A stretch of 64,000 bases of DNA from Octopus sinensis (Eukaryota), in assembly GCF_006345805.1 (NCBI RefSeq), contig NC_043000.1, forward strand, positions 112,034,001 through 112,098,000, given 5' to 3'. How positions within the stretch are numbered: position 1 is the first letter of the stretch; each line of letters begins with the position of its first letter. Below the pieces are notes generated by a model. That model was not told the origin of the DNA, ran no database searches, and saw nothing but the letters and a program-made list of their open reading frames with translations. Shown piece by piece: positions 24,694 through 36,772 of this stretch. The translations under genes were made by a program, and so were the position numbers.

Positions 24694-25182
24694 CGTTTAA
24701 CGTCCGCTTTCCATGCTAGCATGGGTTGGATGATTTTGACCGAGGGCCTGTGAACCAGACGGCCGCACCAGGCTCCAATCTTGATCTGGCAGAGTTTCTA
24801 CTGCTGGATGCCCTTCCTAATGCCAACCACTCCGAGAGTGTAGTGGGTGCTTTTTACGTGCCACCGGCACGGGGCCAGTTAGGCGGTACTGGCAATGACC
24901 ATGCCTAAATACTGATAATAATAATAATGGTTTCAAAATTTGTCACAAGGGCAACCATTTTGGAGGAGGGGATATGTCATTGCATCAAACCCAGTGTTCA
25001 ACTGGTACTTAATTTATCGACCCCGAAAAAATGAAAAGCAAAGTCAACCTCGGCGGAATTTGAACACAGAATGTAGCGACAAGTGAAATACCACTAAGCA
25101 TTTAGCCCGGTGTGCTAATGAGTCTGCCTGCTTGCTGCCTTAATCATAATAATAATGCTGACGACGATGACGATGACAATGA

Positions 25183-25376
25183 CTTCTTCAGAAGTGCATG
25201 GAACAACTAGGGGCTGCAATAAGGGTGGAGCACTTGCAATAAATCGCACTGCTTGGAACTGCTTGAATATTCAGGAAGGTGCTCGAAAAATAAGGAGTGT
25301 TACTTTAGTTCACTGGTAGTGAACAGCCGACACCGTAGTACATCTCCAGTGTTAGAAGCTGTGCAAAGACAATATG
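25183..25376 (+). mobile_element. Short 3' fragment of the same R4/Dong-like family
   Basis: GGGGCTGCAATAAGGGTGGAGCACTTGCA...TTAGAAGCTGTGCAAAGACAATATGAT matches 1138-1300; followed by (TAA)n. Confidence 0.8.
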
Positions 25377-25837
25377 ATAATAATAATGATAATGATGATG
25401 ATAATAATATAATAATAATAATAATAATAATAATAGTAATGGTTTTAAATTTTGGTACAAGACCAGCAATTTCAGGGGATGGAGTGAATCAATCAAATCA
25501 ACCCTAGTACTCAACTGGTACTTATTTTATTGGCCCAGAAAGAATGAAGGACAAATTTTTCCTTGGTGGTATTTGAACTCAGAACGTAAAGATGGGGGCA
25601 AAGTACTGCTAAGCATTTGGCCTGGCATGCTAACGATTCTGCCAACTTGGAGGAATTGGGAATGGCATAAGGGTAGAACATGCTACAGCTAGGATCTCGA
25701 GATTGGAATTAGGTGTTAGATATTGTGGGAAGAGACCCTGTGAGGCCTTTGAGAACAGATTGCTGCCTGTTCTTACAGAATTAACCAGAACAAGTGAAAT
25801 TAAAAGCTCTGAGAAATGAAATGGATATAATAACAAT

Positions 25838-26164
25838 AACAAGAGCACTCAGAGAGCGCAAACCTCTGCTGGGGCAACACAAATGTCCTCTCAACGATTA
25901 GCCAGAGATGATTTTTAAAATGAGAAATGAACTCAATTGCTCTCACAAATGAGAATACTAAAAATTAACCTGACTGCTCTCAAAAATTAATTAAAAAAAC
26001 AGGAAAAGTAATCCAGAATCTTTGCCTGGTACCAGATTGATCCCAAGATCTAATCAGTTCTGCCAGTCACAAGGCCAAACATCCCAGTGGTTCTTCAGAT
26101 ATTTTGTCCACAGACAAACAAACACAACTGAAAACAATACCTCCGCCTTAACAAAGGCGGAGGT
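25838..26164 (+). mobile_element. Non-autonomous element with subterminal inverted repeat and 3' hairpin (Helentron/DINE-like)
   Basis: 3' hairpin ACCTCCGCC-TTAACAAA-GGCGGAGGT and a 5' AACCTCTGC subterminal repeat; second copy at 60737-61104(-). Confidence 0.5.
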
Positions 26165-27174
26165 AATAATCCTTTCTGTATTTGGCACAAGGCCTGAAAT
26201 TTTGGTGGGAGAGAGAAGTTGATTACATTCACCCCAATATTTGACTGGTATTTGTGTTTTCAGCCCCAAAGGGATGTAAAGTTGACCTCAATGGAATTTG
26301 AGCTCAGAACATAAAGAATTCAGTTTAATATGGCCATTCCTTTGGTCAAGCTTTTGTGAAACTAACATATAATAGCAAAAAGCATTTACCAAATAAATAT
26401 GACAATACTGAACACTGTCCTGAGGACTATTCCTCCTGTTCATTATAAACAATGTATATGTGTATATACCAACGCCATCATTTAATGTCCCTTTTTCGCT
26501 GCTGGCATGGGTTGAACAGTTTGACAGGCGTTGGCAAGCCAGAAGATTGCAGCCAGCTCCAATTGTCTGTTTTAGCAGTGTTTCTACAGCTGGACGCCCT
26601 TCCTAATGCCAACCACTTTAGAGAGTGGACTGGGTGCTTTTTTATGTGGTACCAGCAACATCAGTCACACGTGATTGTTAGTGATTTTTTTTTACTGTTT
26701 CATCTTGGACTTTCCTGTTTTTCCTGTTTCCAAATAAGAGCTATGTGAGGGTGGGTGGGTTGAGGTGAGGGGGTTCTTAGTTATTATTTTGTTTTTACTT
26801 TTCAGGACTGCTGTCTGAAACATCAAGCCTTGTTCCTTTCTTTTTAAGTGTTAAACTACTTATTAAAATTTTTATTGTCTTCTTTTTGCCTTCTTTGCTT
26901 CATGTGCAAATGTATTTGTTTGCATGAATGTGTGCGTTTGTGTGTGTGTGTGTGTGTGTCTATTATATATATATATATATATAATATATAATACACAGAT
27001 ATATGTATGTATGCGTGTGTCTGTAGACATGCAGATACTAAACAAATCAATGATGGAATACTTTCTGCCATCACTTAACCTTTATTGTGTTTTACTAAGA
27101 CAACACCTGCTCTCTACATCCATTCTGTGTGTATACATTATCCATTTAAACATGTTAAACATACATATTTCTTA

Positions 27175-27220
<46 letters not shown>

Positions 27221-29457
27221 GTGTATGTATATATGTTTGTGTGTGTGTAAATGGTTTAAAGTAATAACATCAGTGAACATTCAAGTGCATGTGTATTTGT
27301 GTGTGTATATGCTTGAAGGCAATGTTTCGACTTTCAAATAACTGACGACTTTCTCATATACAGTGGAAGCTGCTTATTGTAACTGTAGATGATGTTATTA
27401 AGCTATTATCCATCCATCCGTCCATCTTCTCCGCCTGTTATTTCTAGGTGAGCTAGAATACGGTCCCTCAGTCCCCTCCACCATAGGATCCTATCAGATG
27501 CAACCATCATTACACTTTCCTTCAAGCTGTTATTTAACAGATGTTAAATGATGACGACGACGACAATATATAGATGATGATGATATATATATATATATAT
27601 ATATATATATCTGTATCTATATATATATCTGTATCTATATATATATCTGTATCTATATATATATCTGTATCTATATATATATCTGTATCTATATATATAT
27701 ATATATCTATATATATTTATATATCTATATATATTTATATATATCTATATATATATACTTGTATATCTATATATATATGCATCTATATATGTATATGTAT
27801 TTATGTGTGTGTGTGTGTGTATGTGTGTATGAAGAATGGAGTGGGCACCAGTTTTAAAAATGGTTCCATGTCCTAGACTCAGATTCCAAATGCATGCATT
27901 ATTCGAATCTTCCTGTTGGCCATGTTGTGAGATATGAAAAACCATGAAGGAAATTCAGACTTTCACAAAAGTTCCTCGCAATACAGGATGAAAATTCATT
28001 ACCTTCATGGAAGATGGTAAGTCTGTAGTCAGAATGGCACAAACTCAAAACGCTCTCTGTTCAACTGTTATATTTTTGGCATGATTCCGCTCTGTAATAT
28101 TGTTTCTTACATAAAGTATAAACAATGGCATCGTAACAATAACTTCTACAGTGTTTAACCAGGTTGACATTAATTTGAACATCGGCCAAGACTAACCTCC
28201 TCCGTTATATCTTATGAAAAATCATTTATTAAAATAGAAATTAGTTATATAAATATAAGGTGTATTGCCATCATCTATTGAGAGTGGCTTCTCTTTGATG
28301 TGTCAAGAGCCCGAAGAATTATAAGACCAGAGTCTAACCTGGTTTTCATGATGTATAAATGACTGAAGTTACAACACTCCCTCCTGAATAGGATGTCAGT
28401 CCCTCACAGAGTTAGTTCCCTAGTTATTACTCATTCTCATTCACAGCTGAGTGAACTGGAGCAACATGAAATGAAGTACTTAGATGAAGAACACAGTGCA
28501 CCACCTAGTCAGGGAATTGAAACCATGATTTTATGATCATCCGTGCGACACCCCTAATCACTAGGCCACACATCTTCAGAGTGTGCACAACTAAAACTAT
28601 AAAAAAGGAATCTGGGTGGTAAATTCTATTGGTGGGGTATTTTTCAAGACACAACTGACGTTATCTCAATATGTTCTCTCAACCATAAGGGATGGTGTAA
28701 AAGAGTGAGAACCTGTTTCAGTCATGACTGACCATGGCATTGCACCTAGAAATTTCCCCTCCCAGGCACAAGTCTGAGCAAGGTTGTTTATGGAAGACCA
28801 GTTGCCTGTGCATACCAGCCTCCCTTCTCAACACCACCGATGTTCATCATCATCATCATCATCGTTTAGCGTCCGCTTTCCATGCTAGCATGGGTTGGAC
28901 AATAAAGTATACCTAGTTCGTAACTGGTACTTATTTAATCGACCTTGAAGGGATGGAAGGCAATGTCGACTTCGGCGGAATTTGAACTCAGAACATAGTG
29001 GCTGACGAAATACCACTAAGCATTTCGCCCGGCATGCTAATGTTCCTGCCAGCTTGCCACCTCCTTATCCAATGGAAAAGTAAAGGGGCCGATACAGCTT
29101 GGCACCAGTGACATCACAACTCATTTCTACAGCTGAGAGAACTGGAGCAATATCAAATAAAGTGTCTTGCTCAAGAGCACAACATGCAGCCCAGTCCAGG
29201 AATTGAACTCACTACCTCATAATTGTGTGGCCGATGCTCTAACCACTGAACCATGCGCTTTCAGTTTATTCAACGTTTAATTCGAAGGTGCCTTAGCTTA
29301 TGCTTAGTATCCAAATACACACTAAAGTTTATATATATATATATATATATATTTGTTTTATATGTTTCAGCCCAAAGGTTGTGTCCATGCTGGAGCACTG
29401 CATATGTATATGTTTCTTTCTGTGTTCCTTTCTGTGGAAGAGTGTAGGCTCTATATA

Positions 29458-29508
<51 letters not shown>

Positions 29509-30045
29509 AAATCCGTTCTGTCTGTCTGTGTGTGTGTCTTCTAGGATCTCAGGCATCCTCCATCTAATTGCACTCAAATTTGATATAAGTTGTGTATAAG
29601 TCTTGAAAAAATTACAAAAATCGATTCCAGGTGAGAATGCGATCGATAAAGCCGTGGGAACATGATTTGTACATGCAAGTACATCAGCTGTTGCGATTGA
29701 TACTACGCGCACGGAAGAAAAATGCACATGCAGTTTGTGCAAAAAAAGGCGGCTGGCTTGAAATAATGCCACAAAATGCAGTATATTTAACAGACCAAAA
29801 AAGTAAGATGCAAAAGAGATATTTTCTTCAAACTTGGCATGAAGGAAGGAAAAACTATTTGGTTTCTCAAGAAGTTTTTTTTTGCCTTAACTTCGTTTAA
29901 CAAAACCAAAAATTTTATTGAAATAAAGACATGCTTAATTATTTTTTAATGAAAAGAAAACACTGATTGCTTTTTATTCAGCAGATATGATTCAGCACCA
30001 TCCATGAGACATGGGGGGGGGGGGTTTTACTCGTACATACATATA

Positions 30046-30079
<34 letters not shown>

Positions 30080-30172
30080 ATGATGATGATTATCATCATC
30101 ATCATTGTCGTTGTTTAATGTCCACTTTCCATGCTGCACAAAGACATAGAATTTAATTAAATTCTGTCTTTG

Positions 30173-30258
30173 TGCAGCTGAGGATTACTATGCATTTAAA
30201 TTGATGTAATGGTTGCATTGTTCAATTAAATGGAGTTGCGTGAAACCATCGTACTGCA
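30173..30258 (+). ncRNA. Type I hammerhead ribozyme motif (related family)
   Basis: Helix I TGCAG/CTGCA; CTGAGGA (30178-30184); distal helix II CATTTAAATTGA/TCAATTAAATG with a poorly paired base; GAAAC-CATC-GTA. Confidence 0.7.
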
Positions 30259-30430
30259 TTACCTCTGGATATCCTTGTTGCTTATTTTGATTTTAGTCAC
30301 CTTATTTTGAAATTGTATGATAATACTATACTAAATTCTGGTGCCTCAAATTAAGTACCATATTCATCTGAATCTAAATTTTTGTTGAACTCATCTATCT
30401 ATCTATATATATGTACACATGTATATATAT

Positions 30431-30473
<43 letters not shown>

Positions 30474-30680
30474 GAATTTACAGAAAAACAAATGACGAAG
30501 ATGGGTGTGTAAACAACAAACAGATGTATTAGTTTAACGCTCGGGAAGTGAGAAAGTCTTTTACATTTCGAGCCTACTATTTTGACAGAAAGGAACACAG
30601 AAATAAACAGGGAAAGAAAATAAAAAAGGTTTAGTGGCTAGTGATCTATCATGGCGAATGCCGGACAGAGGGGTCACACA

Positions 30681-30742
<62 letters not shown>

Positions 30743-31106
30743 CACACACATGCACATATATATATATATACAGCATCACCTTACCAGCACATTTGTCGGT
30801 GGCACGTGAAAAACAACATTTGACCGTGGTTGTCACCAGTGCCACCAGACTGGCTCCCTTGCAGGTAACATGTAAAAAGCACCTTTTGAGTATGGTCGTT
30901 GCCAGAACTGCCTGACTGACTCTCGTGCCAGTATCACATAAAAGCACCCACTATACTCTTGGAGTAGTTGATATTTGGAAGGGCATCCAGCTGTAGAAAC
31001 TTTGCCAGATCAGACTTGAGCCTGGTGCAGCCTCTGGCTCACTAGTCCTCATTCAAACCATCCAACCCATGCTAGCATGGAAAGTGGGCGTTAAACGATG
31101 ATGATG

Positions 31107-31141
<35 letters not shown>

Positions 31142-31326
31142 ATATAATATATATATATATATAGTGAGAATTTACAAAAAAAACCCCAAAAGATGAAGAC
31201 AGGTGGTGTACAAAACAAACAGATGTATTAGTTTAATGCTTGGGAAGTGAGAAAGTCTTTTACATTTTGAGCCTATGCTCTTTAACAGAAAGGAACATAG
31301 AAATAAACAGAGGGAGAAATTAGAAA

Positions 31327-31359
<33 letters not shown>

Positions 31360-32478
31360 GTATATATAGTTATGGTATATTCTATTAAGAACATAGTAGA
31401 ATAGAGTATAGAGCTCATTCGCCTTCAGATTTACCCTGTGCTATTGAGTAGTACTGTTATACGTACTTCCAGGTTTGCATGTGAGGCTAGCTATAAAAGA
31501 CACTTGCTGAAGATGCCGCACAGTGAAATTGAACCTGAGAGCATGTGGTTGTGAAGCAAACTTCTTAAGCACACAGCCATGCTGTTCCTCCCAGAAATAT
31601 GATCTCTTTCTCCGTTTCCTTATACTCAATCAAACTGTGTCACATTTAACCTAATTTTATCATGTTCTTGCTTCATTATTTACTCACCACCACCACCACA
31701 TCTCAAACATGAACCGTTCACTTGTGACCCATATAATTTCCACTGCGTTCTCTTTTTCCCTTTCTCTCACACATACATACACACACACAGAATGGTGAAG
31801 GACCCCCCTCACCCACATTCATATTTGAAACCTCCTGCTGACAAAGTCTCTAAAATACTCAGAGGGAAAGAAACTCTTGAAACCTTACAACCAAAACGGT
31901 AATTCTATACAAGCTGTTAAACTCAAGACTTGTAAAATTAAAGATTTCGTCTTTTCCTCAGTACTGCTGTACCCCACAGGTTATTGCCTGTTTGCACTTC
32001 ACCCTTGGCACTATAAAAAGTCCCCTGTCTCTGTTCAAATTTTTATTTTTGAGTCAGTTTGTTTTTCTTAACAGCTTAGAGGAAGAAGAGCAATGTCCCC
32101 ACTCATTGCTGTCTTCAGGGCCCAAGAAACTGGCTGAGGTAAGGGAAGCAATTCTCCTCAAACTGGACTACCTGACCCACATGCTTGCGAAGAAAGTGAC
32201 CCCTAAACCCAGATGGTGATGCTAAACAAAATAAACGATTAAAGTCAGTGCTGACATGTCAAAGATGTATGCCCAAAGGCATTCTGTTCCTAACAGTCTT
32301 GTCTTTTCTTTTTCCTTGTCGAAGTGTATCTAGGAGTACATTATATCATTCGTGCGTATTCATTGAGACGCTATGTTATGATTTGAGGGAGATTTAGCTT
32401 CTAAATTTCTGGTAACCACTAAATATATCTGTTGTTGTTTGTTCCTATGATTGTTCCCATAAGCATCATATGTATATA

Positions 32479-32509
<31 letters not shown>

Positions 32510-32513
32510 TATA

Positions 32514-33082
32514 CGAGGGTGAGTCAAAAAGTAATGCCATTTTGTTTAGGACAGGTATAATTACCAGCATAGGAACATGTATCATACATCAAAATGAAGC
32601 TGGTCCTCTGTGAATCACATCCCTACTTCTCAACATAGACACCGTTTCTCTCAATAGCAATGTTCCACCTTCGAATGAGAGCATGTATCCCTGCCCCATA
32701 AAATTCTGTTTGACTGTTCTTTGATCCACTTCTTCACTACAGTTTTCACTTCCTTGTCACTAGAATAATTTAGTGCCTTCAGACTATCATCTCTTCAGCC
32801 CCATGAAAGAGGGTTTGAGAGGCAAACATTATTCCAGTGATGAGGAAGTGAAAACTGTAGTGAAGAAGTGGCTCAAAGAACAGTCTACAGAATTTTACGG
32901 GGCAGGGATACATGCTCTCATTTGAAGGTGGAACATTGCTATTGAGAGATACAGTGACTATGTTGAGAAGTAGGGATGTGATCCACAGAGGACCAGCTTC
33001 ATTTTGATGTATGATACATGTTCCTGTGTTGATAATTATACCTGTCCTAAACAAAATGGCATTACTTTTTGACTCACCCTCG
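32514..33082. mobile_element. Mariner-derived MITE made of two inverted 3' ends
   Basis: TA|CGAGGGTGAGTCAAAAAGTAATGCC...GGCATTACTTTTTGACTCACCCTCG|TA. Arms of ~260 bp; the right arm encodes DYHLFSPMKEGLRGKHYSSDEEVK...DYVEK*, the mariner C-terminus. Confidence 0.88.
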
Positions 33083-35034
33083 TATATATATATGTATGTA
33101 TGAATATCTATCTGTCTATTTGTCTGTCTATCTATTTATTGAAAGGGGTTCCAAGCATGACCATCATACTTTTCCAAAAATATTTCTTATCATCTTAATT
33201 GGGCAAGTGTCTTCTACCGCAGTCTTGAAGTGAAAAAAAAAGCCTTGTGAGTGGATTTGGTTGAAAGAAACTAAAAATGTCTCTTATATCTATAGGCACA
33301 GGCATGGCTGTGTGGTAAAATGCCTACCAGGTACCAGACTGAAAAAAATAAGTACTGGGATTGATTCGAAAGACTAAATATTCTTCAAGGCAGCAGTGTC
33401 CCAGCATGGCCACTGTCTAATGACTGAAACAAGTAAAAGTTAAAAGATGTGTGTGTGTGTTCTTATTGTAAATGAGTGTGATTGTCACGGGCTTACAATG
33501 TGGTTCATTTCCAGTCTTGCGTGAAACATGTCCGGTGATGGGGAAATATTAGTTTGTTTGGAACCAAGCGAGGGATGGTCACAGGAAAGGCATCCAGCCA
33601 CAGAAAGTCTAGCTCAACACATTCCATCTGACCTATGCAAGGATGGGAAGAAAGTGGACATTAAAATGATGATGACGATGACAGTGATGACTACGACGAT
33701 GATGATGATATACTTAAGCAACATATATGTATGTACGTTGAGTTGTAACCATTTTGCCTGAAGATTGCATTGACAGGAAACTCGAGTCACAAGACAAACT
33801 CTAAGTTTCAGTCTCAATAAAATAAACCCATATCCTCTACAACCTTTATTGAGCACTCCTTGTTTATATATATGTGTATGTATACACACACCCCATAAAA
33901 CTGTAATTCTGCACTCCAAGGGTGAGGCTAATGCCCTGGAAAATTTTTGTCATAGATTTTATTTCATTTTAATGATAAGAAACCTAAATATGTTCCCATG
34001 TATTTTAATAGGATATCGGGGTAGGAATCTTTCTAAAGTCAACAGTGAAATTGGAACAACTGTTTATGTACAAATGTAGTTTTTGAACAATCCGTATTTT
34101 CACGGCTCTGTGGTTAAGGAGCTTGCTTTGCAACCATGTGCTTTTCCGGTTCAGTTCCACTATGCAGCACCTTAGGCAAGCGGGTGTAATTAGAGGGAAA
34201 CCTGGCTGCTATTTCTAGCAGTTTGAATCACATTGGCTGGTGTCTGTATCGTTGTTATTGTTGCTGTTTAACCCCAGGCCATCCTCCAAGTGTGCAACTA
34301 CTTATAATCAAAGCACTCCAGCCGTGACCATCATGTCTCTTCAGAGGCACTTATTCTTCTTATGGCATTGTTTGTGATTCTTTACAAGCATCTATGACTG
34401 GTAGGCACATATAGGCACAGTGGCTGTGTGGTAAGTAGCTTGCTTACCAACTACATGATTCTGGGTTCAATCCCACTGCGTGGCACCCTGGGCAAGTGTC
34501 TTCTGCTACAGCCTCAGACCGACCAAAGCCTTGTCAGTGGATTTGGTAGATGGAAACTGAAAGAAGCCTGTCGTATGTATGTATGTTTGTTTGTTTGTGT
34601 GTCTGTGTTTCCCCCCCCCCAGCACCGCTTGACAACCTATGCTGGTGTGCTTATGTCCCCGTAACTTAGCAGTTCAGCAAAAGACACTGATAGAATAAGT
34701 ACTAGGTTTACAAAGAATAAGTCCTGGGGTTGATTTGCTTGACTTGGCCGCAGTCAAATAACTGAAACAAATAAAAGAATAAAAGAGTATATATACACAC
34801 ACATAAATACATATATGTATATATATATATATATAGGGAGAGTTTACGAAAAAAACAAAAGACGAAGACAGGTGGTGTACAAAACAAACAGATGTATTAG
34901 TGTAATGCTCAGGAAGAGAAAAAGTCTTTTACATTTCGAGCCTACGCTCTTCTACACAAAGGGACACAAAAAAACAAGGAGAGAAAAAAATGTGTGTAGT
35001 GGCTAATATATGTATATATATATAGCCATGATGA

Positions 35035-35079
<45 letters not shown>

Positions 35080-35526
35080 CACACACACGACTTGTCTGTT
35101 TGTATCAAAACTTCTTTGTACATATGCGTGTGTTTGTATATAAACTAAGTACAGTATTAACACCAATACGTTTGAATTTCCCAGTGATATGCAAACATCA
35201 ACAACCTCACAACAACAACAACAACAACACCAACAACAAGAAGCAGATCTCCTCCATGTTCATGCCCTCCCACCCACACTCCTCACAACAACAAACAACT
35301 TCAGTCTACAAAACTAGAAAAATCTAACGAAGCCACGCATCTAATATGTTCTATAGCTTAACGAAGATCAATTGAAGAATATTGATTCCTCAAATAGAAT
35401 GCCACTTGTGCTTCTTCTTGAGGAACCGGAATGGAATATTTCAAAGATATCTCTTCAACTCATTGACAAGTGGCTTTATGTGTAATTAATCCTGGTAAAC
35501 GATGGTTGTAGATTGTGTTATTCTCT

Positions 35527-35826
35527 GTGATGGTGATGGTGGGGCAGATGATGATGATGGTGATGACGATGATGTGGTGGTGGTTGTTGTTGTTGATGAT
35601 GATGATGACGATGATGATGGCAGTGATGGTGATGGTGGTGATGATGACGACGATGACGATGATGGCGGTGATGGTAATGATGGTGATGATGATGACAACA
35701 ATGATGGTGGTGGTGGTGGTGATGGAGATGGTAATGATGATGATGATGATGTTTACAGTGATGTAAGTGGTGGTGATGATTATGATGATGATGGTGGTGG
35801 TGGTAGTGATGATGATGATGATGATG
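35527..35826. repeat. Degenerate (GAT/GGT)n trinucleotide tract
   Basis: Direct inspection; this tract generates the D/G-rich and M/V-rich pseudo-ORFs. Confidence 0.95.
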
Positions 35827-36389
35827 CTGTCAGTGTGTTCTGATATTCTCCATTCCACTGTCTCTGATGTTCTTTGTGCCTGTGTGCTGTTATCTATGGT
35901 AATGTCTCGGATGGCATTTACGATGTGGTTCTGACATCACCATGCAACACTCCAGCATTTACTGTGCCTGTCCTGTCACCAATGAGGGAGCCTTCATCCA
36001 AATCACAGAACCTGGAAGTAATGGCAGCCGAGTCATCCTCAAACTGCCCCTACTCACTTTGAACGGCAGAGAATATCGGAAAGTGTATGCGGCCTTAAAT
36101 ATATCACCTGGGAAAAACATAAATGGCAGATGGACTGACCATGGCTATTATTGTCTTTGATTGTGGTGGGGCTGGAGAACCAGAACTGACCTGGATCTAA
36201 ACAACAACAACAGCACTAACAACATTAATAATACAGTAATATCTCACTGTATGAGGACCTGTTTTACGAGACCCACAGTTTACAGGTTTTATTTGATAAT
36301 AAATGTAAAAATGCCCATGGGCATATGGCGGAGTGGTTAAGAGCGCTGGCTACTAACCCCGAGATTCCGAGTTTGATTCCAGGCAGTGA

Positions 36390-36431
<42 letters not shown>

Positions 36432-36642
36432 TGGGCTACTCAACCTGAAGAAATTTCTAACTGGGCTCCACCTGCAAGGTCATGTTCTGTTTATCTTGAT
36501 ATGAGATCACCATGTCGCGCACATATGGTTGTGATGCATGTGCCTGGTGTACCCTTATCAGACGGGTAGTCATGATGGGTATATTGGGCTTTGTATATTT
36601 TACCCCAGTGTCACTTTGATGGCATGAACTGCTCTCTCACTC

Positions 36643-36675
<33 letters not shown>

Positions 36676-36726
36676 AACTTTGAAAAATACCTTAGGAATG
36701 AGAACCCAGGTTCGATATTTCTCCAA

Positions 36727-36772
36727 GACACCTGATGAAGGCTGGAGGGTAAATCAGCTGAAACGTTGTGTT
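36727..36772 (+). ncRNA. Minimal type I hammerhead motif in a ~140 bp repeat next to (TAA)n
   Basis: Helix I GACAC/GTGTT; CTGATGA, extra A, helix II GGCTG/CAGCT, GAAAC-GTT with palindromic AACGTT. A degenerate second copy lies at ~11934-11978. Confidence 0.65.

Noticed and set aside
32066-32130. AG..GAG|GTAAGG exon-like segment (SLEEEEQCPH...)
   Set aside because: The frame that would follow the phase-2 YKYR donor does not give an ORP-like sequence, and it is adjacent to repeat-derived sequence.
35460-35858. Acidic/Gly-rich and Ile/Thr-rich ORFs
   Set aside because: They come from the (GAT/GGT)n tract.
36319-36392. tRNA-like sequence
   Set aside because: Acceptor and anticodon stems do not pair and it ends in a (TAA)n tail, so it is a SINE head rather than a tRNA gene.
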